A DNA stretch of 64,000 nucleotides from Moniliella sp. 'wahieum' (taxonomy: Eukaryota). Positions 37,193 through 50,719 of this stretch are shown here, one piece after another (within the stretch, counting starts at the first letter, position 1; each line of letters opens with the position of its first letter). The stretch is from assembly GCA_003971905.1 (NCBI GenBank), contig RSEE01000004.1:1240001-1304000 (forward strand), read 5' to 3'. The position numbers and the translations under genes are program-made. Under the pieces are notes generated by a model that searched no databases, was not told where the DNA came from, and worked only from the letters and a program-made list of their open reading frames with translations.

Positions 37193-38244
37193 TTATGGTC
37201 GTTGCAAGTATCCGCATACAGCAGTTGGACAAATTCCGGCTCGGTATGGATCCGGCTCAACAGCTCTGTCACGAATTCCTTCCGTGAAGCTTTGCCGCGC
37301 CAGGGACCTCGCTTGGGCTTAAGCCATCCCGCACAATGGAGCGCAGCATGGTTGGGCTGGGGGCACCGGCTCGGAAACGTCCACGGAGGGGGGGGACTGG
37401 TTCCCGCTCGGTAGGAGCAGGGGCTTGGGGAACAGGCGCAGGCGCGGGCATAGACACCGGAGCAGGACCAGAGAGGAGGCAGAAGCATGCACAGGGGCTG
37501 GGAGCTGGGTGCGTCGGGCGCAGATCCCAACCCGAGCAAGCTCATCAAACGAGCCGACTGTTCAACCAAAGCCGGGTCGGAAGAAACAGTAGGACCGTCT
37601 GACGCAGGGTGGCGTGGTTCCAATGATTGGGCCGTGCTCATAAGATGGTCCAGAAGACTTGCCCGATGGCACTGCCGGAGGAGGGGGAAGCGTTTCGTGA
37701 CTGTTCATCAGGGCGTATCGCGCAGGGGACGCGTCCAGCGAAACGGCCGCCCTGGAAACCTCTTCGAACAACTGTTTCATCGTATTTGCGATGTCCGGAC
37801 GCTGGGTCTCCTCAAACACCCAAATCCCGTATGTAGGACCATCATCCAGATCATCAGGATTGGATGGGGGGGAACTGAAGATGATGTACTCGGACGAAAG
37901 GTCCAAGTCAGAAGTAGCGGTAATGTCCGCCGTGAAATCGTCCATCGCGTTGCGGTTCATAATGTAGACCGCATAATGGGGCGCCTTGGCTCTGGAACAA
38001 GTCAGTATTATTTTCCATGCATGTCCAGAGCACGTACCGTTGATAGACAAACATGGGGCCCTCAGTGCCTGTTTTGGTCTGGGCTGGGTCAGTAGGCGCT
38101 TCTGGCGGGCAGAGAAACGTACCCAGTGGTCATTCTCATGGGTGTAAAGCACAACAAACGAGGCGGTGGCCAAAATGATTGAGCTTTGGGATCATGCTTG
38201 CGCAGCACCTTCTCGTTGAGCTTCCGTCGAGCGGTCTCGTCCAT
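37193..38244 (-). CDS. DCP1: mRNA decapping activator Dcp1 (EVH1 domain plus C-terminal helical domain)
   Basis: MDETARRKLNEKVLRKHDP...TASFVVLY...W, intron 38079-38122, TKTGTEGPMFVYQR, intron 37992-38037, PHYAVYIMNR...YIIF...YGIWVF; C-terminal EFVTELLSRIHTEPEFVQLLYA. Confidence 0.9.
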
Positions 38245-40315
38245 TGCGTAGGCGTCCTAGGGTGCAGTGTGGTGGTGCGGACCGATCGTAATCGCCCAAT
38301 CAACTAGAGCACTGGGAGCACAGCGAGCCAACGCCCACCCAGCCCCTGTTATTCCGCTTTGTTCCGCCGCCGAATGACCCTGGGCGCCTTAGGCCCTTAG
38401 ACGCGGTAGGCCTGAGGTCGGATAGGGGATAGGGTTAAGCTGGCTAGGTAGAGTTGATTTTTTGGATTTTTTATTATTTGTTGTAGAGTTCGGATTGGGC
38501 TGCAAAGGCCTTAGGCCTAGCGGGTGGGCCCTTGAAGTTAATCCTGAGCCTACCACCTCTCAGTCTGAGGCCCAATGTCAGCCCATCATGATGGCTCGAT
38601 ACACTAGCCTCCTCCGCACTTAACGTACCGGAGGGGGCCCCGTTAACTATACACCATGCTCTCGCTCGTCTTTTTTGCTATCAGTCTCGTACACAGACTA
38701 AGTAAGGAAACGTTCCCACGCTCAAAACAGCCATTGTTACGGGGCGCTCCGGTTATGGCCGGACGCTGAGCCCCGCATGTCGTAGACATCTCAGCCCAAC
38801 ACGCGTCAGTCCGGTTAGACTAGCGAGAGAGAGCCAGTCGACACCTTATCGATTATCCTGCTGCGGATATCATCGATCATCCGCGGCCCGCCATGCCAGG
38901 TCGCAGGGGCTTATCGGTACGATGCTTTGTGCCCATTGCGCCCAGTCTTGTCAGAACCCTTCCTGCTGCGCCCGACAACGCAGCATCAGCGCCCGACTAC
39001 ACAGCATCAGCACCTTGGAGAGCAAGGGCTGTGCTTTAGTCTTTACCTCTCTGGGACGTCCCCCGCATTCTGTCTATACCTGTCATGAGGCACTTGAGGC
39101 CTGGTTCCTTTTCTGCTGTATATAAGCAGCCATGTCTAAAGCTTGCTATAGCTGTGTTCCGTGTCGACCATCCTGTCTCCTACCTTTGTCTCCCGAATAC
39201 CAGTTCCTCTCTCACCCTTCCACCTTCTACCACCCTTGCGCTTATGCTTACGAATTCACGACTTACGTCGAGTGCACTGCTCGGGACCCCCCCCATGACA
39301 GCCATCAGGAAAACGGGAACAATACAAACCAACAGACATGCCCAAGGTAAGGGCAGGTTCTCCACTGTAACAGTCGGGGCTAAACGAGGGAGACCAAGGT
39401 CCTGTCAGAGGCGGGGGAAAAGGCAGGATCGTTCGTAGGAGGAAACAGAAGGCATCAGGCAGAGAACACAGAAGCAAAAGGGAAGGGAAGAGCGAGAGAC
39501 ACAGGATGCAGAATTGGAAATTGGAGCGAGCATAGTCATTCGGTGACATCCACCCTCGACAGCTAGTAGAACGCAAAAGGCTTGCTGAGGGCGCGCTGAA
39601 AGGAGAATCTCACAACAAAAACGGGATGCTCATATCAGGAAACTGACGTCCAGATCCGGAGGCTCAACTTTGCTCACTTGCGTCCATAAATTATTGGAGA
39701 GTAGGAGATAAATCACTGCAGTAGGGGCTCTCCGACAGGGGTTCACGGAGGGGTGATGGGCTCGGTCGGACTCGGCCCCCTGCCGTCGCCCGGCCCGTAA
39801 CAAAAAGAGTGGTTTACCTGGTTTACCCCTCGCGCTGGGGGGAGGGGAAGGGGCAAACCTGGTACCCTTCTGCTTCATACAAACGGCGGGGCAGAAGGCA
39901 GACGAGAAAGCACAGCCGCCAGAGCGTGGTATATGCTTTTAGGCGTACAGTGTACTGGAGGGCTCCGTACCCCATGGCGCTATATAGTTCTCCTCTCTTC
40001 TCATGGTTCTATTTGCTCGGGGCTGTCCCCGGGGTCTGGTGCGGACGGAGGAGACGGAAGCACAACTCACCCTTCGTCGCGTGCCGCCGGGGGATGGTGC
40101 CAAATTCGCATCAATAGCGTAATGATTTGGGCGCTGGCCGCGGGTTCGCTCTTAAAAAGCGCGGCACTTATCTCCGCCAATCGCCGAACGCCCCCCGCCC
40201 CCCGCTGTTGGTACTTAAACGCTTAAGCCCGCTTTCCTCATTCCTCAGTGTCCGAACATCCATCCACCCGCCTGCTTCCCGCACTCGCGCCCTTCAAATC
40301 CTACTCCTCCGTTTC

Positions 40316-41614
40316 ATGTCCTCGATCGCCATCAAGAACTCTGACTTTGGCCTGTCGTACGCCGGCCATCCTGTGCCCGGCACGGTGCAGGAGCAGCCAG
40401 AGCAAGCGCCGTTGCTGCTCCGTTCGATCCAGCTGCCGCACTCAGGATTGACCCTGCGCAACCGAAGCGTCGTCCCCCCACTGTGCATGTTCTCTAGTAA
40501 GGACGGCTTTGTCTCGCCTTGGCACCTGGTTCACCTGGGCTCCTTTGCCGTGCATGGCGCGGGTGCCGTTGTGGCCGAGGCAACGGCCGTTGAAGCGCGC
40601 GGCCGCATTTTGCCTAGCGATCTGGGGCTGTGGAAGGACGAGCACGTGGAGGGACATGCGAGTTTGGTCCGTACCCTCAAGGAACTTTCGCCTTCGGTCA
40701 AGGTAGGTGTGCAGTTGGCCCATGCGGGACGCAAAGCTTCGTGCTGGGCACCTACCTGGACCGGGGCCAAGACGAACGGTGTGTACGCTACCAGGGCCGA
40801 AGGAGGCTGGGACGACGATGTGGGGGGCCTTCGGACGTGGCTTACGCAGCAGACTGGATTAAGCCCAAGGCACTGTCGCTGCAAGGTGTGGCGGAGGTGA
40901 AGCAATCTTTCCTTCACGCGGTAGACCGCGCGTTCACAGCGGGCTACGACTTTATTGAACTCCACGCGGCGCACGGCTTCCTTATCTCGTCCTTCCTCTC
41001 TCCCTTGGGCAACAAGCGGACCGACCAGTACGGCGGCAGCTACAAAAATCGCATTCGTTTTCTGTTGGAGCTTGTTGGTGAGATCCGTGCCAAGTACCCG
41101 ACCAAGAGCGTGTGGGTCCGCGTCAACGGGACGGACTATGCCGAGGCGTTGGACGAAGCGTCGTGGACATCGGAGGATTCAGCGGCGCTCGCGCCGATCC
41201 TGGCGAACGCAGGGGTGGATGTGCTGGACGTTTCAGCCGGAGGCAACACACCACTACAAAGGCTGCCCCAACTTTCGTTTAATTCGGCCCCGGCCTACCA
41301 GGCGCATTTGGCCGAGGCGGCCACCAAGAAGCTCGCTGAGACGGGCAAGTCGAACAAACTTGGTGGGCAGCGTGGGGGTGTTGGAAGGCGGTGCGTTCCC
41401 CGGTGATGTGGCGGAGCAAGTGTTGAAAAAGAACCAAGCGCAACTGATCTTTGTCGGGCGCGGGATGATGAAGGATCCAGCTTGGCTCGAGCACGCCGCG
41501 CTCGCCTTGACGCAGAACAAGGTGCGTGTGACGGGCGTGGCAGAGTACGAGTACGTGTTTAAAAAGTTGGACGAGCGCGCTACCCGGGCGGCAGCAACCG
41601 AGGCCAACAAGTAA
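40316..41614 (+). CDS. NADH:flavin oxidoreductase / Old Yellow Enzyme (YqjM/NamA-like)
   Basis: LRNRSVVPPLCMFSS, EATAVEARGRI, GVQLAHAGRKAS, GYDFIELHAAHGFLISSFLSPLGNKRTDQYGGSYKNRIRF, GVDVLDVSAGG, LIFVGR; two frameshifts, no obvious intron. Confidence 0.95.
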
Positions 41615-42492
41615 AGGTGCTCTCCTAAGTACTCACTCCGCGACTGTGACCCCCTTCTGTTGGGAGGTTGAGGGTGATTCTTCGCGCCAAAATGACTTTT
41701 TGCCCGAGAACCCCGTCTATACTATAGGGAAGGCAATGGCAGTGGGTTTTGCACCACCACCGATGCTGGATATACGAGATGCTCATCGCATATGAGAGGT
41801 AGTATGAGGGGAAGAGGCGACCAACTGTTCTGCCTCCCTCTTGACCTCCCTTTTTGCACTACTGTGTTGGTTCTCCTGGATCGAAACCACTACCTTCCCG
41901 TCTCATCGACTACGATGTGTTGGTCGTATGGGTGGTAAGCTGGATACCCAAATCGAGCGCTCGAAAGGAACCAGCTTCTTCCCCAGTGTGCCGAGTTGAA
42001 TCAATAGGAAGCGTTCGTTGGTCCCGGGCATCTCGATTGGGCCATCCATCTGCTGTGGCGTCGCTGCGGAGGTTCCATAGGTTGGGTATAGCCTAGCGTT
42101 TCCTACGACCAACATGAACGGCGGATCGGGGAGAACTGATATAACAGCGCCGCAATGCACCACACGTGCTGCAAGGTGCACATGACGCAACCGCACGGGG
42201 CGAGTGTGTTGGCCGTCGCCGAGGCGGCGCAAGCAGGCGGTCCCGGCCTGTCGCTCTGCGGCGCATGTGGCGCCGTCCTGGAGTAAAGCGTGACGCGTGA
42301 CAGCTTCTCTTAAGCGTGGCTGTGCGTCATGCATGTCATGACGTCGATGGCGCTGATGGCTGATGCATATGGTACCTGAAGCACAAAACACATCCCCACT
42401 CCCAGGCCATTGCTCGGAGCCCATCTGTCCTCCGTCCACCCTACTGACTCCGGCCTCCCCTTCTCCACATCACCTCTAACCCCCGACGTGAC

Positions 42493-45209
42493 ATGCCCTT
42501 GGGCATGCGCCTCTCCAATTTGCGCCTCTCGGCCGATATTAATGCCTTCCCGCCCAAGCCCCTGTCCCCCGACCCAACCCCCACACCGTCCCCTGGAGAT
42601 GGACCCAACACGCCGTCCAGTCCGAGACTCACCCCCCGCATCCCCGTCCCGAACCAAGCACGGGCCACGGCCTTCAACAGGTCCAGCACCTTAGCCCAGC
42701 TCTACTGCATTTTTGGTGTACGTACTCGGACGTGGTGCTCTTCCCTCTCTGACTCGGACCTCTATTCTTCCGCAGCTTCCCAAGGCACCTTCCATGTGGA
42801 CCAGAACCGAGGCGGACTCGGTTCGGGGTACGGCCCATACCAAGGGCGCAGTGCCTCGCTTTTGGCGTCCCGAGATACTTGCACGTTCCGTCTCGACGGC
42901 TCACACCTCTGCCACTGTAACAGGCAAAGTAGGCAAGTTTGTCGAGATCCCCAATGATGCAGGCGGCGTGGACCGAGTGCTCACGTCCCAGCTGATGGCC
43001 AAGGCTCTCAAGCTGTCTTTTACTCGCGAGGTGGAGGTGATCTCAGGGGCAAAACCCCATGCTAGTATGCACATCTTCAACTGCCAAGTCTCCGCCCAGC
43101 CTCCCCCCCGTGGAGCAAAGGCTCTGCGCCGCCTTATGCCGCCGCAGCGGACAGTGACGTTTTATGGAGTGGTCCTGACCATCTGGTCCGCTGCCGATAA
43201 GCAGCGGATGGAATCCATCTTTGCTGATCTGGACAAAGATTCTTCAGTACCTTGCCATGGCAAAAACCCACTCTATATTCCTTACACAATCTGTATCCTC
43301 TCCATCCATCCACTGTTCAACCTGTTGGGTGACCTCAACAAAGCTGCCTGGCTCCTGCACAGCCACCATATGGGCCAGCACCAAACTATCATGTTGCAAC
43401 TCTTGGAACAGCGCGCCCCGTCAGCTACGTCGCCAGTGCTATTTTCTGGCCCCGAGAGCGAGATGTCCTTCCTAACAAAATGCCCTTCCCCCTGCCCCCC
43501 GCCCCTGTTGGGAGGAATTGGGCACATCGCCTTCTCAATTGACGGCCAACAGCGACTTTCCCATCTGGCAGCTGTTCAAAACGTTGACGTTGGGACATAT
43601 TCTCACGTTGTGCGAGGTGGCGCTGAGCCCCGGTGGCAAGGTACTCTTTACGTCGCAGTACGAGTCGCTTCTAACCCTGTCTGTGGTCACTGCCCAGACG
43701 TTGGTGGCGCTCCACGGCTGGCGAGGTGCAGTGCACTTTACCTGCCATGCGCGGGACGCCCGAGTGCACTGTACTGATCCGGGTAGTTGGTTAATTGGTG
43801 TGCCACGGCAGATCATGCCTTCGCTCACATTGGGGCCCGAGGTGTGCATAGTAGACCTTGACGCCAACAAGGTTGATGCGAGACGGTTCCCTTCCCAACT
43901 TCCTTCTACGGGCAGTCTCCGTGCGCGAAGGATGTTTTGCCTCTATGCTGCTTTCCCCGAGAGCATGAAGACATGGGATCGGCAGACGCCCGCCAAGGAG
44001 CTCACCGTGGCCTTCCCTCTGGGTACATTCCGTCCCTTGAGCCAAATGGAGGGGGAAGGTACATCCCGCTTGCCCCCCCCGCATGGTGGGACACTGAAGC
44101 CGTATTGGATGCGTTGAACCGTGCGCTGGGGGAAACCTCTCGGTCCTGGACCTTGCGTACCGTGCTTCACCGAGCTGGCCTGACCCGTACAAAACCGTTT
44201 CGTCCCACCCGCAGCGAGCCCGACTTGGCAGTGCGAACGCGGATTATTGATGAGGTGGTGGAAACGCGCGACCGACTGGAAAGTCAGGTTGGGCGATTGC
44301 ACAAGCGTCTCCTCTACCTCCTCGACGAGTCGGAGACATGGAAGGTTCGCGTGGACGAGATCCAAGCCTTGGTGGCGCGTTTGACCCAAGAAGCCACGGG
44401 CTTGCGCGTCCGTCTTGATCGGGAGCGCAAGGAGAGTGTCCGCCTTTCGCGTGTGCTTTCCCAGCGTGACGTCCAACGCCTTACTCTTCAAACGCGCCTG
44501 ACCCAAACCGAATTGGCCCGGGACCAGGCTCAGGCTGAGCTAAGCCGAATGCAAGCGGCCATGCACAATCTCCGTACCGAGAGGGAACAGATGATATGGG
44601 AAATGCGGTCGTTGACGGAGGGAGCGCAGGATGAGCTGGCCTCCCCTTCCTCCTCCCTTGGACGGTTATCCGGGCTGAGACACAGTTCCCTCCGGTCCAA
44701 TGAGGCAGGTGAAGCCGGTCCGGGTTCCACCGAATCGTTCCTAGTCGGACGGGAACGTAGCTCTTAACAGCGACGCCGAAGGTGCAACGCTCTCGAAGAT
44801 GAGTCTTCCTTCGCTCGAAGACGATACCCATTCCGGCCGTGCATCCGCAGACGAACGACGAATCCAGTCCGAGGTTCAAAAGCGCACTGCTGTCGTTGCG
44901 AACCAAATCGCTCGCATCCAACACCAGCTGGAACAAACGCTGTTCCAGCTCGAATCCAAACGAACCAGCTTGACCATGCGTGCTAGTTCGCGCACCAGCC
45001 GAAGGTCCGATACCTCCTTGTCCTCCGACGGCCCGGGCCACCGGGCCTCCTCTCCCTCCGGATCCTTCGGGGTCGCCTCGGAGCCCTTGGGCGCACCCAC
45101 ACGTACACCCCATTCCTCTACCACGAACACAACGACCGAGCTGATGTTAGAGAAGCACCGTTTGCCGGGCTACGATCCGGTCGAGTCGATTGAAGATGCT
45201 CATGTGTAA
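42493..45209 (+). CDS. DENN-domain protein (putative Rab GEF) with C-terminal coiled coil
   Basis: LAQLYCIFG, intron 42718-42775, LPK...; FYGVVLTIW; YIPYTICILSIHPLFNLL; FPIWQLFKTL...ILTLCEVAL...KVLFTS...LLT; WLIGVP; VCIVDLDAN (cDENN-type pattern); long heptad region in ORF 43937..44767. Start uncertain. Confidence 0.75.
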
Positions 45210-45773
45210 TCCTGCTCTGGTTGACCTTGGAGTGGTCCTATTTATTCCTCTGCTTCTGTGATTTGCTGGCCGTCGCTTCAAAACCCGGTGCCCCTAGTGT
45301 GGACCTTGCCACACTTCTGTCCGTGGTTCCAATTTATCTATCGTTTAGTACATGTATACCCTTTGCGCTCCCCGTTTTTTGCGCGTCGACATTTGCCTAT
45401 CCACTTGCTGTTGTATACCCTCGGCTTCGGTTGCAAGACCGGATGAACCGACGAGATACTGGGTCGAGAACCGCAGGAGAGATTGCGCTCTCTCGTTATA
45501 TTGCGTGAGCGATAGAGCTTGTAAAGCCCCTTTTGACCGCCGTCAAGCTTCAAGCGAGGGGGACTATACAGGGGGGCATTAGAATCACCGGTGAAGTCAC
45601 GCCCTGCTGCTGACATAAACAGACTGCTTACCAAGGTGCCTCCTTGCGCATTCAAATGTTCAGTCGAGCACGCAGATCCTCCATCCCTCGTCGGCTGCAT
45701 CCCCGCCCCAGCCTGTCCTCGCGATCGCCATCGCCACCACCCACCCCATCGATCATCGTTCTTCGCTGGCGTG

Positions 45774-46536
45774 ATGCGTGCTTTTGCCTTCGTTGCCCTT
45801 CTCTTTGCTGCCCTCCTCGCCCTGCTCTCGGGCCAGGCGTACGCTGCCCCCGACCCCACCGTCACTTCGAAGGTCTACTTTGACATCCAACATGGCGGCA
45901 AGGACATTGGTCGCATCGTGCTCGGCCTGTACGGCGAGGTGGTGCCCAAGGTATGTCCCACCTGCCTTTTGACCAGCTGAGCTTCAGGTATGAGATCTGA
46001 CCTGCTCTGCCTCTTCTCTTCCAGACTGCCGAAAACTTCCGTGCCCTCGCGACAGGTGAGAAGGGCTTTGGGTACCATGGTTCCCCGTTCCACCGCGTGA
46101 TCCCTGGCTTTGTACGTGTCGACATCTAGACTGCTTGGCCCCCTTGTCCTCGTGCTGCTTCCTTCCTTGCTCGTGTTTGATTGAAGCCTGTTGTGCTGAC
46201 ATGAACTCTGATCCAGATGATCCAGGGCGGTGACTTTACCCGTGGCGATGGCCGCGGAGGCAAGCGTCGATCTATGGTGCTGCGTTCAAGGACGAGAACT
46301 TTGACCTCAAGCACGACCGCCCTGGCACACTTAGCATGGCCAACGCCGGTCGCGACACGAATGGTAGCCAGTTCTTCATCACGACGGCGGCGACCAAATG
46401 GCTGAACGGACACCACGTCGTTTTTGGCCGGGTGCTGGAAGGAATGGATGTGGTGTCGTACGTCGAGAAGGTGCCGACGAGTCGGATGGACAAGCCCAAA
46501 GCCGACGTCATTATTGTTCGCAGTGGAGAACTCTGA
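45774..46536 (+). CDS. Secretory-pathway cyclophilin (cyclophilin B-type peptidyl-prolyl isomerase)
   Basis: Signal peptide [33 protein letters not shown]...[14 protein letters not shown], intron 45951-46024, [11 protein letters not shown]...FHRVIPGF, intron 46112-46216, MIQGGDFT...[18 protein letters not shown]...[10 protein letters not shown]. Confidence 0.96.
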
Positions 46537-49068
46537 GCCTCTTTATTTTACTTCATTTTTCCCCGTTCGCTCTCTCGGTTCAATCAGAAGATGCGCATTC
46601 TCCGCCCCCTGTCTCCCAAGACTGGTTCTGCACCTTCTCGATTGATTCCTCCAGTGCGCTTCCCTTCCTTCACTGGGTTAGTGTAGTCACTTCACGCTTC
46701 ACTCCCCTTTGCGATTCCTCCTCTGTTGCGGCCTGCCGGGTTCCACGTTAATATAAGATCAGACATGTGCGCACGTCCAGTCCAGCTTCAATGTGCCACG
46801 GCTGGAATCCCCGGTTGTGACGGCCCGCCTCTCCGTCTCGGGGTAGCAGCGATCCGTTGGACCGAGTTAGACGACCCATAGTAGTTGACGTTCCAGCGCT
46901 GAAAGTGGATCCGAGTGGCGACTAGGAACAGAAGGCTAGGCTCAATGAAGGAGGACGAATGCGTCGGCTTGGGTGGCAAGGTCGGGTACACACTGGGTGC
47001 TTGTTCACAGGGAAAGTGTGCCTTGAGCCCGAGGAGTTACAGGGGTTGGTGGATAGGTGAGACCTGAGGCAACGTTCCCGCCAGCCAGAAGAGTGCAGGG
47101 GGGGACTACTGAGACGTTGGGTAGGTACTAACAAATGTGGAGGATAAGGCAGCAATCGTGGCAGGCAGTCGGTGCATATGTGAGTGAGGATACCGCATGC
47201 CGGATGCTGGATGCTGCAAGTGTAAGACGAGAGTTGCCCAAGAGGTCAAGTTAAGATGGCAGCTTGACGAACTGGGAAAACAAAAACAGTGGAAGACGTC
47301 CGTGGAGAATACAAGCGACACAATAGGCCCCGCAACATATGGAAGGGCAACGACATGGCACAATGTTCAGAATCTGATGATGTGACGCCAACTTCGCAGA
47401 GAAGTTGGATCATCACAGCTTGAGCGGCGGTGTTTTTGCTCTGGCTGGGGCACTGTGAAGGAGGGCAAAACTAATGGTTGAAACAGCTGGTCAAGGACCT
47501 TTGTATCCAAGAGGAACCAATTTCCATTCATTGTAGCAATCACAGGCGTCACTGTGGCCTACATCCAAGATCATTCGCGTCACGCCCTGACTAGCTTAGC
47601 CTAGACATTGAGCTTCAGCGTATACACGAACTGCACCAGCCTGGTGAGATGTTGGACTTCTAGTCTCCACATCAAAAATGAGATATTTTTCAATGAGCAG
47701 GAAACACTCCTTCTAGCCCCCCCCTTTTTGTGGTCAGGCCCAGCCCCCAGAAAACGCTCGATCCAGTGCCCCCCAAGTACCCACCGAAGTATTCGCGTGC
47801 ACATGACAATAATGCAGGCGACGGAGGTTGGAACTTGGGAGATATCCACCGCTTTTCACGAACGACGGTGGCTTGAAGTGTAGCTGTGCCCCACGAGAGG
47901 CGATCTACATCCGAAACGAAGACCGAACAGTACCGCAATTGTGGAATTGGCGCAACTGATGTTGAGCGTGGGATTTGGAGAGTAGCCCAGTGGGCCTACC
48001 ACAAGGACCCGAAGAGAGTTACAGGTACTCAGTACTCACCGAGAGGCACATAGGTCCCAGAGCGCCTTCGACGCCAATTTCATGTGCGCATGAGATGCAT
48101 TATGTAGTGACAGGGACTACTGAGTATACTAAGTCTCAGTACACTTACTGGCAGGTGCTGATACTGAGTAAAGACGAGTGACTATAGTAGTGACTATAGG
48201 GCTTGCCATTAATCACATGTTACCTAGTCATCTTGATGATGATCATCTTGTCATCAATATCATCGACCTGAGATCCTCTGAGACCTGAGAGAGACGGACA
48301 GGGAGAAAACATACAGTAAAGAGGGAGGAGATCGCGTTATCAAAATCTAATCATCAGTCGACCTTTGCTATATATAGTTTTCGATTGCTTGGATGGGCGC
48401 GAGGAGCGCTGAGCGCGCCCTGTTCCAGGAGATGGTATTGTTCAGATGCGTGTCGATAAGGTTGATACTTTGATAGCGTAGGATGATACCAAAGAGATCA
48501 CCAGTCCGAGATGCTCGTTACTGCGGCGCAGAGGCTGGGATGGATGAACGTAGGAACCAATCTCTCGTGTTCTTTCAGATCTCTCAATACTAGGTACTGG
48601 GTGCGCTTAGGTCACCGGTCACCGATCACCGGTAGCCAGCCTTCCGCAGCGCACTGCCGACCCCGTGTGACTGCTTCCCCCCGGCGTCTGATACGTGAGC
48701 GTGAGGGGACATGCATCTCCGACACTGTGCTGCTGCGGGACATCGGTGATTGGGAGGGGCTGGATGTCTGTGATGCCGACGGACAACCACCTGCCCCGTC
48801 GCCTGCGGTGGCGTCACAAACATTCGTCGTGTCAACATACAGTCGCCGTTTACTCGTTCAGCGTCCACCACGGCGAGCGTAGCACTCCTCGTTAATCATC
48901 TTAATCTTCCCAGATTCAGTATTCAGCCCCCCCGTCGCAAGCGATATCAATATCGCCCCAGCGCCTTCCCTCCAGCCTCCAGCCCCTGCTGAAAAGGGCG
49001 AAGGAGGAATACATTGCGTCCGATTCGCCTTGCCACGCCTCCGCCATCCACCCTGCCCCTCACCTCAT

Positions 49069-50719
49069 ATGGCCTCGCCTCCTCGCAGCACCGTGGCCGC
49101 TGTCTTCGATGACGCTGTCGACAACGGCCTCGTGTCGCGCGACGTCTTCCTGCTTATGCTGGACTACAACCTCTACGCCTCTACCCTCCTAGCTGTCGTG
49201 GTATGGGATTATCTTCTGACGCTCAAGGACGAGATCACCATGTATCGCACCCGCGGCCCCAAGCCCATCTTTGTCCCCTTCATTATCGCTCGGTACGGCA
49301 CCATTGCTGCGGTAGTGATCAACCTGGCTCAACTCCGGAAGGGAATGTGGCTATCCGCTCACAACTGCTTCTATCTGGGGCGCAGCATTGTCTTTCTCGG
49401 GATCGTTGTTACGGCGGCCACAAGCGTGATCTTTGTTCTTCGGACGTACATCATCTGGCGCCGGTCCAACTGGGTTCTGGGCACGCTTTCGTTGCTGTGG
49501 GCTGGTCAGCTGACTGGCACACTCGTCGTTGGCAATTGGATCCGGCCCACGGTAGTACCAGAGAAAGACAATATGTGCATGATGCTCATGCCTCCTCGTC
49601 ACCAAATCTCTTGGATCATCTATGCCGTCAATATGATCTTTGACACTATTGTCCTCCTCTTGGCTGTTGCTGCATTGGTGATCCCGGCCAAGGGCAACAC
49701 GTTTACCACCCATACCACCAGTAATAGTTCGCACCACGCATCTTCGATCATCCCCCATCCCCATCACCGAAACCAACCTGCAAGCATCTTGGCTCGCTGG
49801 ACGAGCGCATTCCGCTCGCCTCTCCGTTGTATGAAATTCAAGCTCGGTTCTTGGCGGATGGAGTCGTCTTTTTTCTGTGTGCCCTGTTGGTCAATCTGGT
49901 CAACACGTTGTTTCTCACCATCGGTCGGCACTGGACCTATGCTAATATCAACACAACCGCTGCCACTGCCGTGACTGGGATCTGTGCTGGCAGGTTGGTG
50001 CTGCTCAAACTGTCCGGAGGTTTGCCGCTGGGCAAACCGTCTCTGACCTCTTCCCTCCCTACTTCTACCTTTCCTGGAAACATCACCAGCAACGACCCCG
50101 AGCCCACCGCCCCTCATCCTTTTTCTTCCGTCCAAATTGAAACCGTTACGCTGCGCGCAGCCGATCGACTGGATTCCTACGCGTTGAAGCGAGACTCGCT
50201 TTGGCCCTTGCCTCCGTCCCATCCCACCCCCTCACCTACTGCCCCCATTCTTGACGTCCGCGATTGGAAAGGAGAAGACAGACAGGTAGTATCCACTCCC
50301 TGGGCGCAGAGGGGCCATCTACGATCCCTGGAGGTAGGGCAGACTACCATGGTGGCTCGCTTCACTCTTCGGTTCGGGCAGCCACCATGTCACCTACTGA
50401 AACGACAGTGGTCCCCATTTCTGCCTTGCCACACCACGACGTGCCTTTTGTGTCACTGTCTCTTTCCCTGCGGCGGATTTCCCCTCGGCGACCAGAAGAG
50501 GAGCCTGACCGCCCGTTGTCCTCTTCACTTGCCCCACCTGGCCCACTTCCCACCTCGTCAATCTCCAGCATCCCAAGTCAAGATCGGCAGGCCGAACCAA
50601 CGGAGAGGGGGGATGTGGCGCTCAGTTCCCCTCGGCCCTTCCCCCCGCGTGATGCAATGCTGTCCAGGCCAGACGAGATTGGGGAGAAAGTATGGGAGGG
50701 TCCCGACCGAGCTTGGTGA
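49069..50719 (+). CDS. Multi-pass (about 7 TM) membrane protein with DUF6533-like N-terminus and a Pro/Ser-rich tail
   Basis: VVVWDYLLTLKDEI...FIIARY motif, VIFVLRTYIIW, IFDTIVLLL, FLADGVVFF, AGRLVLL; this pattern resembles the basidiomycete-expanded receptor-like family. Frameshifts; end approximate. Confidence 0.75.

Noticed and set aside
39119..39440. TATATAA followed by short ORFs (possible pheromone or peptide gene)
   Set aside because: No C-terminal CaaX, signal peptide or repeat structure; unsupported.
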